64,000 bases of DNA, taken from positions 96,001 through 160,000 of the IMG/VR virus record IMGVR_UViG_3300043540_000321, one strand, 5' to 3'. Shown here in pieces: positions 20,220 through 27,265 of this stretch. The notes under the pieces were generated by a model. The model was not told the DNA's origin, searched no databases, and saw only the letters and a list, made by a program, of their open reading frames with translations. The position numbers and the translations under genes are program-made. Source of the stretch: a virus. The first letter of the stretch is position 1. Every line of letters starts with the position of its first letter.

Positions 20220-20658
20220 TCAAAAATTCACCGATAGGGTCTTTCCACCTCAGAGATCAATATTCGATAATGGAAGTGAAGTCTATTCACGTTCTACTGT
20301 GACGACAACTCAAACAGCAAATAAGCTTGAACTGGTAAACCAAATTCTATCCAGAATGGGTACCCGGTCAGGCTGGATTATTAAAGTATTGGGTCAGCGC
20401 AGAGGAGTCGAGGACATTATCGTTCTATCGCTAGAGAAGCCTGTATCCTCTCTAGTGAGTGAGCGAAGAGTTCGGGTTGAGGTTCCAAAGTCTTCGATAG
20501 GCAGTAGCCTACCTAAGGCCATTGCCTTAGCCATTATTAATAGCTGTAAGCAGGTCTCCCCTCGAGGGGTACATCATATTCCAGGGACTACCGTTATGGG
20601 CCAGACTAACGAGTCCGTGACGATTCGCCTTGAACAGAAACAATTAAATGTCCGATAA
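20029..20658 (+). CDS. hypothetical protein (true start probably ~20220-20300)
   Basis: Open frame; the 5' part overlaps the previous gene. Confidence 0.45.
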   Translation: MTGRKEMRRSCGHESIPTGMVREKNGLLLVWEIPRRELLTTRRGGWTVSQMPLLSTDNSSSRINQKFTDRVFPPQRSIFDNGSEVYSRSTVTTTQTANKLELVNQILSRMGTRSGWIIKVLGQRRGVEDIIVLSLEKPVSSLVSERRVRVEVPKSSIGSSLPKAIALAIINSCKQVSPRGVHHIPGTTVMGQTNESVTIRLEQKQLNVR

Positions 20659-20684
20659 TTAAGCCAAGAGTAGAAGAAGAACAG

Positions 20685-20720
20685 GAGGGACGCTAAACTA
20701 AAGGCGGTCCCTCTTTATTT
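20685..20720 (+). terminator. putative intrinsic terminator
   Basis: GAGGGACGCT...AGGCGGTCCCTC followed by TTTATTTT. Confidence 0.45.
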
Positions 20721-20726
20721 TCAGTT

Positions 20727-21464
20727 ATGAAGAAATTTATCGCGGCTATCATCGCCTTTGTTTCCATCATTTCCCTTGCCCTTCCTATTGCAGGACTGTA
20801 TGGGCTGATTCCTTTCCCAGTACCTTCGGCGGTCGCCGCTACAACTCCGGCTGAGTCACCTAAACCAGAAGTGACAGCCAACCCAGTTGAACTGACCGAA
20901 GAGGACAAGGCGGCTATGGAGAAGCAACTGAACACTTTGTTCATTCCAATGAGTCAGATCATCGCCCAGGCAAAGTTTGATGCCAAAGTGGATATGACAC
21001 TGGCTACAGACACCAACCCACTCGGCGAGAAGAAATTCAAAGATAACGAATGCGTTCTTCGTTACCCAGCCGGTGTTGCGGTCGCTCAAGCACTCAGTCA
21101 AGCCCAACAAGGAGGATACGAGGTCACCCTTCGAGATTGCTACCATGCGAGCAGCATCAGCAAAGAGCTGAACACCCTGCTCCCAGAGTTGTATCCCGAT
21201 GGCGAAAACTCCTCTTACTCCAAGGCACTGACTGTAGACTTGAGTCTGTCTAAAGACGGCAAGTCTTTAGACATGGGCAGCGAGTACAATGTCCTTCCCA
21301 CTGGCGATCTCACTGATGAGCAGAAGGCTAACCAGAAGATTCTGGCAGACCTGTTTGCTGGGACAAACATGACTCAGGATGAGAAGGCCTGGTGGAGGTT
21401 CACCCTTCAAAGTTTGAACAGTTCGGATAATCCCGACATCAAAGCTCTGGATCTTCCTGTCTAG
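20727..21464 (+). CDS. membrane-anchored VanX/M15D-like protein, catalytically degenerate
   Basis: Aligns by eye to 22319..22981, but DCYH replaces DCYR, SSYSKALTVD replaces SNHNRGTAVD and KAWWRF replaces TEWWHF. Confidence 0.7.
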   Translation: MKKFIAAIIAFVSIISLALPIAGLYGLIPFPVPSAVAATTPAESPKPEVTANPVELTEEDKAAMEKQLNTLFIPMSQIIAQAKFDAKVDMTLATDTNPLGEKKFKDNECVLRYPAGVAVAQALSQAQQGGYEVTLRDCYHASSISKELNTLLPELYPDGENSSYSKALTVDLSLSKDGKSLDMGSEYNVLPTGDLTDEQKANQKILADLFAGTNMTQDEKAWWRFTLQSLNSSDNPDIKALDLPV

Positions 21465-21539
21465 TTTGACTATCCAATAACCTGTCTAGTACGCCCCTGA
21501 ATTCAGGGGCGTATTCGCTAAATACCCAATAAAGAGAAG

Positions 21540-22307
21540 ATGAGTTTAATCCTGACAATCCTTGTGATCCTTATCGCAATGTCCGTTCATGAGTTCGGAC
21601 ATTTTATACCCGCAAAGTTATTCGGCTGCAGAGTGTACGAATACTCTATTGGGGCTGGCCCAGCGCTAATTAAAAAGAAGTGGGGAGAAACGATTTACTC
21701 TATTCGCCCTGTACCGATCGCTGCCTATGTGTATATCAACCAGGACGACCTAAACGGTCAGCCTTACTGGAAGACCGCCGTCATCCTTTTAGGAGGAGTA
21801 ACCGGGAATATTTTGTTGGCCTATTTAGGCTGCTACCTCCTGTTCACAATAGTTGGCTACTCTCCGATTGAAGCGATTAAAGGCGGTTTCGACGAGCTTG
21901 GTCAGTTTCTATCGTGGCAGGGGAACAGTATGCTGAGCCTGCTGAAAGCTCCTCTAAAATCTGTAGCTGACTTAGAAGGTCCAATTGGAATTATCAAATC
22001 GGGCTCAAAAACTATAGGTGCAACCGTAACTCTCAATGGAGTCAAGACATCCTGGCTGAACCGAACTCTTATCAGCACGATCGTCTTCTCCAATTTTATC
22101 AACGTCGCTCTCGCCTACTTCAATTTATTACCGGTGCCTGTCCTGGATGGAGGGCGGTTTCTGGTGAGAACGATAGAGGCAATCATCCGTAGAAAACTAC
22201 CCGAAAAGGTGACGGTAGGCGCACTGTATTTCGGTGGTTTTATGGTGCTGGGATTATTTATGTTCACGACTCTTAAAGACGTGGCGAATCTGTTTATTCA
22301 TAGATAA
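21540..22307 (+). CDS. site-2 protease (M50, RseP-like, no PDZ domain)
   Basis: HEFGH zinc motif, GGVTGN and NLLPVPVLDGG motifs; multiple TM segments. Confidence 0.9.
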   Translation: MSLILTILVILIAMSVHEFGHFIPAKLFGCRVYEYSIGAGPALIKKKWGETIYSIRPVPIAAYVYINQDDLNGQPYWKTAVILLGGVTGNILLAYLGCYLLFTIVGYSPIEAIKGGFDELGQFLSWQGNSMLSLLKAPLKSVADLEGPIGIIKSGSKTIGATVTLNGVKTSWLNRTLISTIVFSNFINVALAYFNLLPVPVLDGGRFLVRTIEAIIRRKLPEKVTVGALYFGGFMVLGLFMFTTLKDVANLFIHR

Positions 22308-22318
22308 AAGGAAATATC

Positions 22319-22981
22319 ATGGGCCTACTTTTAAGATTTGGTGGGATTTGTCTTCTTGCCATCCTTATTGCGATTTACGCAACGCCTCCTAAGAGAGTGA
22401 AGACCCTCAACCCGAAGTTGGCGTCCCCCCTAGCCCCTGCCAAAAAGATTATTAATAAATCCCTGGTCGATGTTGGAGACCTGGTGCCGACGGCTCGAAT
22501 TGCCATGAAGTACGCCACCACGGATAACTTCACTGGAACTCAGTTATATAAGAATGCGCGTTGCCTCGTAGTGCAACCTACCGCGATCGCTCTGGCTGCT
22601 GCTCAGAAAAGAGCAGAACAGCAGGGGCTAAGTCTCGTATTCTACGACTGCTACAGACCTCACTCAGTCCAGCAACAAATGTGGGCTAAGGTACCTGACT
22701 CGCGGTATGTGGCTAACCCAAACCCAGGCTCAAATCATAACCGAGGTACAGCCGTGGACGTTGGGCTGTATAAGGAAGGTCAGGAGCTCGATATGGGCTC
22801 GCCTTTCGACTCGTTCGCTGAACAGTCGCACCGTAATGCCAGAATCACAACGGAGCAACAAAAGAACCGAGATTTACTTAAAGAAATTATGGGTCCGCAG
22901 TTCACCACCGTTCAGACGGAGTGGTGGCACTTCGATTTTGTCGGGGCAAAGAATTACCCCGTACTAAACGACCCGCTATAA
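22319..22981 (+). CDS. ddpX: D-alanyl-D-alanine dipeptidase (VanX/DdpX, M15D)
   Basis: YATTDNFTG, YDCYRP, SNHNRGTAVD and TEWWHFD motifs; N-terminal TM. Confidence 0.9.
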   Translation: MGLLLRFGGICLLAILIAIYATPPKRVKTLNPKLASPLAPAKKIINKSLVDVGDLVPTARIAMKYATTDNFTGTQLYKNARCLVVQPTAIALAAAQKRAEQQGLSLVFYDCYRPHSVQQQMWAKVPDSRYVANPNPGSNHNRGTAVDVGLYKEGQELDMGSPFDSFAEQSHRNARITTEQQKNRDLLKEIMGPQFTTVQTEWWHFDFVGAKNYPVLNDPL

Positions 22982-23067
22982 GTTTGGAGCAAAGTCAGTC
23001 CTCGCTCCTAATGGGGAGATTCACGAGTTGGTCTCCCCTTCCTAATCCTCTCTTCAATCCGACCTTT

Positions 23068-23514
23068 ATGAGCACCCAATTAGACGATACAGAAGACTGC
23101 CCTGGTTCTATGAATCAGCTCGACAGCCTGAGCCTATTCCACAAGATGCTGGCCAACTCCTCAGTACAGTGCGGCTGTTGCGATCGCATTCTATCAATCT
23201 GGTACATCGGACCGGGGTGTCGTTTCATTCCCAGGCATAAACCACCTAAGAAGATAGACCTCCCGGTCAATGTCCGTGAACTCAGCTACTGCATCAGTCA
23301 AAGTCTCCTCAACACAGATTATTACCTGATGGGGGTGCCTATAGAGTTGAAGGGTGAAATCCTATTCATAGTCATCTCACTTCTTGACCCAGACTTGCAA
23401 GAGCTTAAGTATCGAAAGGCGTATACCCGGTTAGAACTCTCTCATTCCTGCCTTCCACCCAACGAACTTATAGTTCAAGATCTTAAGGAAGCACTAAACA
23501 AACCCATCCTATAA
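23068..23514 (+). CDS. hypothetical protein
   Basis: In-frame ATG of track ORF 22921..23514; CGCC motif. Confidence 0.55.
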   Translation: MSTQLDDTEDCPGSMNQLDSLSLFHKMLANSSVQCGCCDRILSIWYIGPGCRFIPRHKPPKKIDLPVNVRELSYCISQSLLNTDYYLMGVPIELKGEILFIVISLLDPDLQELKYRKAYTRLELSHSCLPPNELIVQDLKEALNKPIL

Positions 23515-23550
23515 AAATATAAAGTTTGGAGTCGAAAGACGATCCTCAAC

Positions 23551-23592
23551 AGGGAGCTTCTTCTGCGCGTGAACAGAGGCTCCCTTTTCTCT
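23551..23592 (+). terminator. putative intrinsic terminator
   Basis: AGGGAGCTTCT...AGAGGCTCCCT followed by TTTCTCTT. Confidence 0.5.
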
Positions 23593-23672
23593 TCCTATTA
23601 TCCTCTTGCTAGAAAAAATCCATTGGAAAAAATGACGCGGATTTGAGAGAGGGGTTGATTTGATCGATCCGA

Positions 23673-23723
23673 CCACCCCCGCCACTTATTGCAGATTAAT
23701 TTGCAACAAGTAGCGGGAGGTGG
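23673..23723. repeat. 51-bp imperfect palindrome centred on TTGCAGATTAATTTGCAA
   Basis: CCACC-CCCGC-C-ACTT-A-TTGCA...TGCAA-C-AAGT-A-GCGGG-A-GGTGG. Confidence 0.8.
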
Positions 23724-23794
23724 GTTCGCTTTCGCGACGTGTGCGTTGAAGCAAAGGGTCGATTAATTACTACCACTACGATTGGAGAGTCAAT

Positions 23795-24355
23795 ATGTTA
23801 CTCAGTGATAAGCCTTTTGTTATAGACAGAGGCAATGTACAGGCTATGAAAGCACATAGCCAGATAGGTAAACAGCGAGCCGCTCAAGGTCTCGAGGATT
23901 GGAATACACCTGAGGAGCTGAGAGGCAAAGAGGTTGAGCAATGTGTAGCTCGATTGTTAAATACCTGCTTGCAGGTAGACCAGGTAAAGCGAGCTAATAG
24001 GGGGTCTGTCTTAGATGACGAGGTCAAGGTTGACCTCCTAGTCTATGTAGGGAATGAGGTACAGGGGTTCCAAGTAAAGACTTCTCAAGCGGCAGCAGAG
24101 AGGTTTCATATGGAACACCCTGAAGTTCCATGTATCTGGTATGCAGGAACTAATAGACTCCAGCTCTGTGTAGCCATCGCTCAACTGCTTCACACAAAGA
24201 TGAAGCCAGTAGTTAAGAACGCTCTAATGAAGTTCGACCTACTGAAGTCTAAGAAAGTTAGCAATCCATCCGCACTGAGAAACCTCTTCAGTAAAGACGA
24301 GCAAACAGTCTGTGTTGTACTCGGACTACTTACTGAAAGAGCGTTTTCTAGCTAA
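23795..24355 (+). CDS. PD-(D/E)xK nuclease-fold protein
   Basis: DDEVKVDLLV...GFQVKTS pattern. Confidence 0.5.
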   Translation: MLLSDKPFVIDRGNVQAMKAHSQIGKQRAAQGLEDWNTPEELRGKEVEQCVARLLNTCLQVDQVKRANRGSVLDDEVKVDLLVYVGNEVQGFQVKTSQAAAERFHMEHPEVPCIWYAGTNRLQLCVAIAQLLHTKMKPVVKNALMKFDLLKSKKVSNPSALRNLFSKDEQTVCVVLGLLTERAFSS

Positions 24356-24388
24356 CCCATATAGGGGAAGACCAATAGTCTTCCCCTA

Positions 24389-24440
24389 CTCCGTCGCTGG
24401 GTATTGGTAGCCCAGCTTGAAAAGTTACTTCGAAACGGAG
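24389..24440 (+). ncRNA. type III hammerhead ribozyme 1 (U3-A8 core variant)
   Basis: CTCC-GTC / GCTGGG-loop-CCCAGC / TTGAAAA / G-TTACTT-C / GAAAC-GGAG; predicted cleavage after C24395. Confidence 0.7.
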
Positions 24441-24446
24441 GATTTT

Positions 24447-24656
24447 ATGGACAGCAAACTACTACAACTAATCGCCCTTTCTCAAACTACTGAAGTTGAT
24501 ACGACTCAAACGGTCTATCAACTCAAAGTTAAAGGAATTCCCTGTGGACTCTTTAACGAGATAGGCGATGCAGAAAACGCAGCCGAAGACGCTGGGTTCG
24601 ATTGTCGCGACTACCAAATAGTCGTCTTCTCAGAACCGGACGTTAAAGCCTGCTAA
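24447..24656 (+). CDS. hypothetical protein
   Basis: GGAGG RBS, ATG 24447. Confidence 0.75.
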   Translation: MDSKLLQLIALSQTTEVDTTQTVYQLKVKGIPCGLFNEIGDAENAAEDAGFDCRDYQIVVFSEPDVKAC

Positions 24657-24690
24657 GACTTAGTCCTGCGATCGAACGATCGCAGGACTT

Positions 24691-24744
24691 CTCCGTCGCT
24701 GGGTCTGGTAGCCCAGCTATGACAAGTTACCAAACGAAACGGAG
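24691..24744 (+). ncRNA. type III hammerhead ribozyme 2 (U3-A8 plus one-nt core insertion)
   Basis: CTCC-GTC / GCTGGG-TCTGGTAG-CCCAGC / TATGACAA / GTT-ACCA-AAC / GAAAC-GGAG; predicted cleavage after C24697. Confidence 0.6.
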
Positions 24745-24751
24745 GTCTATT

Positions 24752-25060
24752 ATGGCTACCACAACAACAGTTGCAACCGTAAATGAACTTAACTATCTGT
24801 CTGCTCGCCTGCGTGCAGAAGGGTTTGTCGTTAAAGTTCATAAGCTTGAGCAGGGTTGGGAGCTGACACTTTCCGAAGGCGGAAGGCCAAGCTCATTTCA
24901 ACCCAAACAAACGGAAACCGGTGAGGAGATTATCTTCTTTAACCTATCCGAGTTTAAGCGAGGTGAGGCAATGGCTGCCGATCTTCGCGAGCAAGGAATT
25001 GCTTGCAAGTTCGCTAAAGCCAAGAGTGGCAGATGTTGGTATCTCAAAAGACTTGCATAG
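24752..25060 (+). CDS. hypothetical protein
   Basis: GGAGG RBS, ATG 24752. Confidence 0.75.
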   Translation: MATTTTVATVNELNYLSARLRAEGFVVKVHKLEQGWELTLSEGGRPSSFQPKQTETGEEIIFFNLSEFKRGEAMAADLREQGIACKFAKAKSGRCWYLKRLA

Positions 25061-25073
25061 TCTACAACAAAAC

Positions 25074-25112
25074 AAACAAAAGAGGAGCTGAAAACAGCTC
25101 CTCTTTTGTTTT
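25074..25112. terminator. bidirectional hairpin terminator
   Basis: AAACAAAAGAGGAGCTG-AAAA-CAGCTCCTCTTTTGTTT. Confidence 0.65.
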
Positions 25113-25124
25113 AAGGAGGTCATT

Positions 25125-25283
25125 ATGTTGGAAGCAATCTTGATGGATTTAGCAATTGAATTAGTTGTTGATTGCGTGTTAGGTGCTGTTATTGCAGATG
25201 CTGAATTAGGAATTCTTGAACCTTTCGTCAGTGAAGGGGTAAAGGAGCTCGCTAAGAAGATCTACAAGAATCGCAAAGGCTGA
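25125..25283 (+). CDS. small hypothetical protein (52 aa)
   Basis: AAGGAGGT RBS; MLEAILMDLAIELVVDCVLG...KKIYKNRKG. Confidence 0.7.
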   Translation: MLEAILMDLAIELVVDCVLGAVIADAELGILEPFVSEGVKELAKKIYKNRKG

Positions 25284-25316
25284 ATTTATAGGGCAGAGAA
25301 AGTAATTTCTCTGCCC

Positions 25317-25374
25317 TGTTTTGGTCGCTGGGTATTAGTAGCCCAGCCTGACGAGTTACTACGAAACCAAAACA
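25317..25374 (+). ncRNA. type III hammerhead ribozyme 3 (canonical core)
   Basis: TGTTTTG-GTC / GCTGGG-TATTAGTAG-CCCAGC / CTGACGA / GT-TACT-AC / GAAAC-CAAAACA; 9-bp stem III; predicted cleavage after C25326. Confidence 0.88.
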
Positions 25375-25390
25375 AAGCGAGGACAAGATT

Positions 25391-26050
25391 ATGTTGACAA
25401 CTACAAATCTCCAACAACTGAATACTCTGACCGTTATCGTTCTTGAAGCTCAGAACACGGCTGACAATCTACGCCGGAGAGCTATTCGATCGATGACCAA
25501 CTACGACAATTGGACCGCGATTGCATTTGCAGCAGACTGGGCAGAACTAGATAGGAAAGCATACGCTGCCCTGTTCAATAGAAAGAATTACGACTTGCTG
25601 TGCAGCGCGATCGCCCTGGTCGTAACCATCTTCTGGACATGCTACGTGTCTGCGTGTGAAGCGATTGAATACCTGGCTGAAACGACTTCTCCGGTTGCGC
25701 CCAGTGTCTACTACTTCAGCCCACTCTATGTGATGGACCTGGATGACTATGAGGAACTTACTTGCGACCTATGGGCACCACCTGAACTGGATGAAAAGCT
25801 GGTCTGTGATGTTTGGGAGCTCGTTGAAGTCGAACCACTACCGACGGCAAATCCAGATGTAGAGGTTGCGATCACTGTCCAAACAAGTCTTTATCTCCTG
25901 CCGGCTGCTCCTGTTGAAGTTAATGATGTTGAGGATGAAAAGACGACAGTAGCGACTAAGCAGAAGAGGGCAAGCTCGAAGGCAAAAAAGTCCAGCCCAA
26001 AGGGAAAGTCGAGAACTTCCAAATCGAAGTCGACGAAACAGTGTGCATGA
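25391..26050 (+). CDS. hypothetical protein with one hydrophobic segment and a Lys/Ser-rich tail
   Basis: 219-aa ORF, GAGG RBS. Confidence 0.7.
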   Translation: MLTTTNLQQLNTLTVIVLEAQNTADNLRRRAIRSMTNYDNWTAIAFAADWAELDRKAYAALFNRKNYDLLCSAIALVVTIFWTCYVSACEAIEYLAETTSPVAPSVYYFSPLYVMDLDDYEELTCDLWAPPELDEKLVCDVWELVEVEPLPTANPDVEVAITVQTSLYLLPAAPVEVNDVEDEKTTVATKQKRASSKAKKSSPKGKSRTSKSKSTKQCA

Positions 26051-26089
26051 AGAAGTTTCACAGTTTTGTAACCAATAAGGAGGCCTATC

Positions 26090-27256
26090 ATGGCTACCAA
26101 CAATTTTGACCAATCAACCCTGTCGATCGTTGATGAACTCTTCAAGTCCTTGTTCAAGGAAGAAGATACAACGATTGAAGTCGCTGGCCGCAAATTTAGG
26201 CCAGCGGTCCTAAAACGGAATACGCTCAACCTTAGCGACGTTCCCAGGACAGTCCGGGAAACATTCTCTTTCCACAAAGACTCGATTGTTCAGCCCAGGG
26301 AACGGGGTCGGCACTCTATCATCGTCACGCTCCTCTCTATGAGGTTCTCTGACGATGGTCAGATGCTGGTTGCAGCTCCTTCTATCCAAGCCGCCACCTA
26401 TAGCGGAACATCTAAGATGTTGCCTGTAGGTGACTGGAACCAGAAGGCGGTACTCACAGGGCGGGACCTTTTCATTCAAGCGGATTTTATGAGCTCGGAT
26501 GATGGTCTCACTATTCTCAACCCTGTTGTTCTGAAACGTCCGTACCCAGCCGGTAAAGATGATGGAAACGTCTCCGTCATGCTGTGCGGTTCGAACAAGA
26601 CAGATAGCAACTGGAAGGAAAAGCACAACCATGCTCGAGACGAATTTAGGAAGGCAGCACTCAATGTTGCCCAGAGGTTAGGCGTCCCTTCCGGAGAACA
26701 GTTCATCATTTGCCTTGTTGGATTTCCGGTTAGGTCGGGAGAAAACAACGGTGAGACTGATTCGTTCTGGGGAGCCATCTTAGAAGGCGGTTACCTTCTG
26801 GGTGGTCGGCGCATCAACCGTGTTAGTAAGGCTCCAGACCCGAACGGCAAGCTAGGTGGTTTGAGAATCTCCTCAGATTTCCAAGTCACCTCCTGTAAAA
26901 CCGTGGCTCAAATGCTCGAAGAACAGTTAGCTGCTCAGTTAGCTACTCGATCTGTTCAGGTCGATCCTAAGTCTGAACCTGAACCTGAGCCAGTGCTTGA
27001 ACAACCTGAACCTGAACCTGAACCTGAACCTGAACCTGAACCTGAACCTGAACCCGTGGTTGAGCCTTCTCAACCACGGCGAGAAAGTCTCTTAGAGAAG
27101 TTGGGTCCGATAACCAATGACTCTGATGAATTTCAACTTCTCGAAGAGTCCTCGGACGATGAGGAAGAAGTGTTCATGGGCAGGGTCGGAAGCATCGCTG
27201 AATTGCTGAAAACCAATATCAAACCGGGCAGAGAGGATAATCCCTTCTGCCCTTAA
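26090..27256 (+). CDS. hypothetical protein with (EP)n linker and acidic tail
   Basis: 388 aa, AAGGAGG RBS; the tail ..EDNPFCP loosely resembles an SSB tip (weak). Confidence 0.65.
   Translation: MATNNFDQSTLSIVDELFKSLFKEEDTTIEVAGRKFRPAVLKRNTLNLSDVPRTVRETFSFHKDSIVQPRERGRHSIIVTLLSMRFSDDGQMLVAAPSIQAATYSGTSKMLPVGDWNQKAVLTGRDLFIQADFMSSDDGLTILNPVVLKRPYPAGKDDGNVSVMLCGSNKTDSNWKEKHNHARDEFRKAALNVAQRLGVPSGEQFIICLVGFPVRSGENNGETDSFWGAILEGGYLLGGRRINRVSKAPDPNGKLGGLRISSDFQVTSCKTVAQMLEEQLAAQLATRSVQVDPKSEPEPEPVLEQPEPEPEPEPEPEPEPEPVVEPSQPRRESLLEKLGPITNDSDEFQLLEESSDDEEEVFMGRVGSIAELLKTNIKPGREDNPFCP
27005..27054 (+). repeat. (CCTGAA)n hexamer microsatellite encoding (PE)n
   Basis: About eight perfect units, plus shorter copies at ~26972-26990. 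Confidence 0.9.
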
Positions 27257-27265
27257 GGAGGTCAT

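Noticed and set aside
21312-21325. CTGATGAG and other hammerhead-core-like words in coding regions
   Set aside because: No matching GAAAC or stems nearby.
25074-25112. Possible fourth ribozyme cassette before the 52-aa gene
   Set aside because: Only a terminator-like hairpin; no GUC, stem I or GAAAC elements.
24396-25347. Repeated GCTGGG...CCCAGC hairpins as N4-type DNA hairpin promoters
   Set aside because: The flanking GUC, CUGANGA-type core, GAAAC and covarying stem III fit a hammerhead much better.
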